Shown: positions 55,786 to 55,956 of the stretch, one piece after another
Position numbering within the stretch: position 1 is the stretch's first letter
Layout of the letters: the number at the start of each line of letters is the position of its first letter
Source of the DNA: a virus
Lineage: Duplodnaviria > Caudoviricetes
Virus record (IMG/VR): IMGVR_UViG_3300032303_001999
Location: 1-55,956 of that record
Length of the DNA stretch: 55,956 bases
Reading direction: 5' to 3' (one strand)
Notes under the pieces: model-generated
Databases searched by the model: none
The model's input: only the letters and a program-made list of their open reading frames with translations
Told to the model about the DNA's origin: nothing
Program-made: the position numbers and the translations under genes

Positions 55786-55956
55786 TCAGACCCTGCTTGC
55801 ACAAATCGGCCCGATTCCACGCTCCACGCTGTCGGGGTCTGTGAGTCTTGCCCCGCACACAACGCACCGCCCGATTGCCCGCCCTATCTCTTGGCATTGT
55901 GCCAGCGTCAGCCTCATGGATTCGTCAAGGCTTCCCATCGCACCCCGCACAAAATC
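55786..55956 (-). CDS. Partial DUF6011-like Zn-finger protein (enters from window end)
   Basis: Own translation ...IGRCVVCGARLTDPDSVERGIGPICASRV*. Confidence 0.75.
   Translation of the reverse strand, partial: DFVRGAMGSLDESMRLTLAQCQEIGRAIGRCVVCGARLTDPDSVERGIGPICASRV

Noticed and set aside
55786-55956. Window as a complete circular genome
   Set aside because: The truncated genes at the two ends belong to different families, and joining them gives an immediate stop

Overview
The window is most of a tailed dsDNA bacteriophage genome. Genes are truncated at both ends, so it is not a closed circle. A rightward early/middle operon (about 1.6-10.9 kb) encodes an annealing-like protein, a DUF2800 exonuclease, RusA, a replication initiator and a GT-B glycosyltransferase. 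It converges on a leftward late region: tail-fibre-like genes, terminase, a 5442-aa polyvalent/ejection-type protein, portal, scaffold, N4-gp56-like capsid, adaptors and a lysis cassette. A Cys-rich module sits in the opposite orientation inside the late region. A SET-domain gene, a small serine resolvase and an iteron array lie near the right end. No tail tube or tape-measure gene was recognised, which suggests a podovirus-like virion. No tRNA, rRNA or CRISPR array was seen. Four patterns read by eye stand out. (1) The giant protein is punctuated by seven L-x-S-R-G-[LI] motifs that delimit modules, including a strawberry-notch helicase, a sigma-70-like module and a HExxH metallopeptidase, suggesting a self-processed polyprotein. 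(2) A near-palindrome ATGCG(A/T)CGCAT lies 59-61 bp upstream of eight start codons. (3) A [YF]xGP(x)P tag is shared by four micropeptides and both putative ejection proteins. (4) Three genes look like a split Trypco2-like fold with about 200-aa, 10-residue-periodic beta-strand arms, located where tail genes would be expected. All family assignments come from motif recognition, not database searches.
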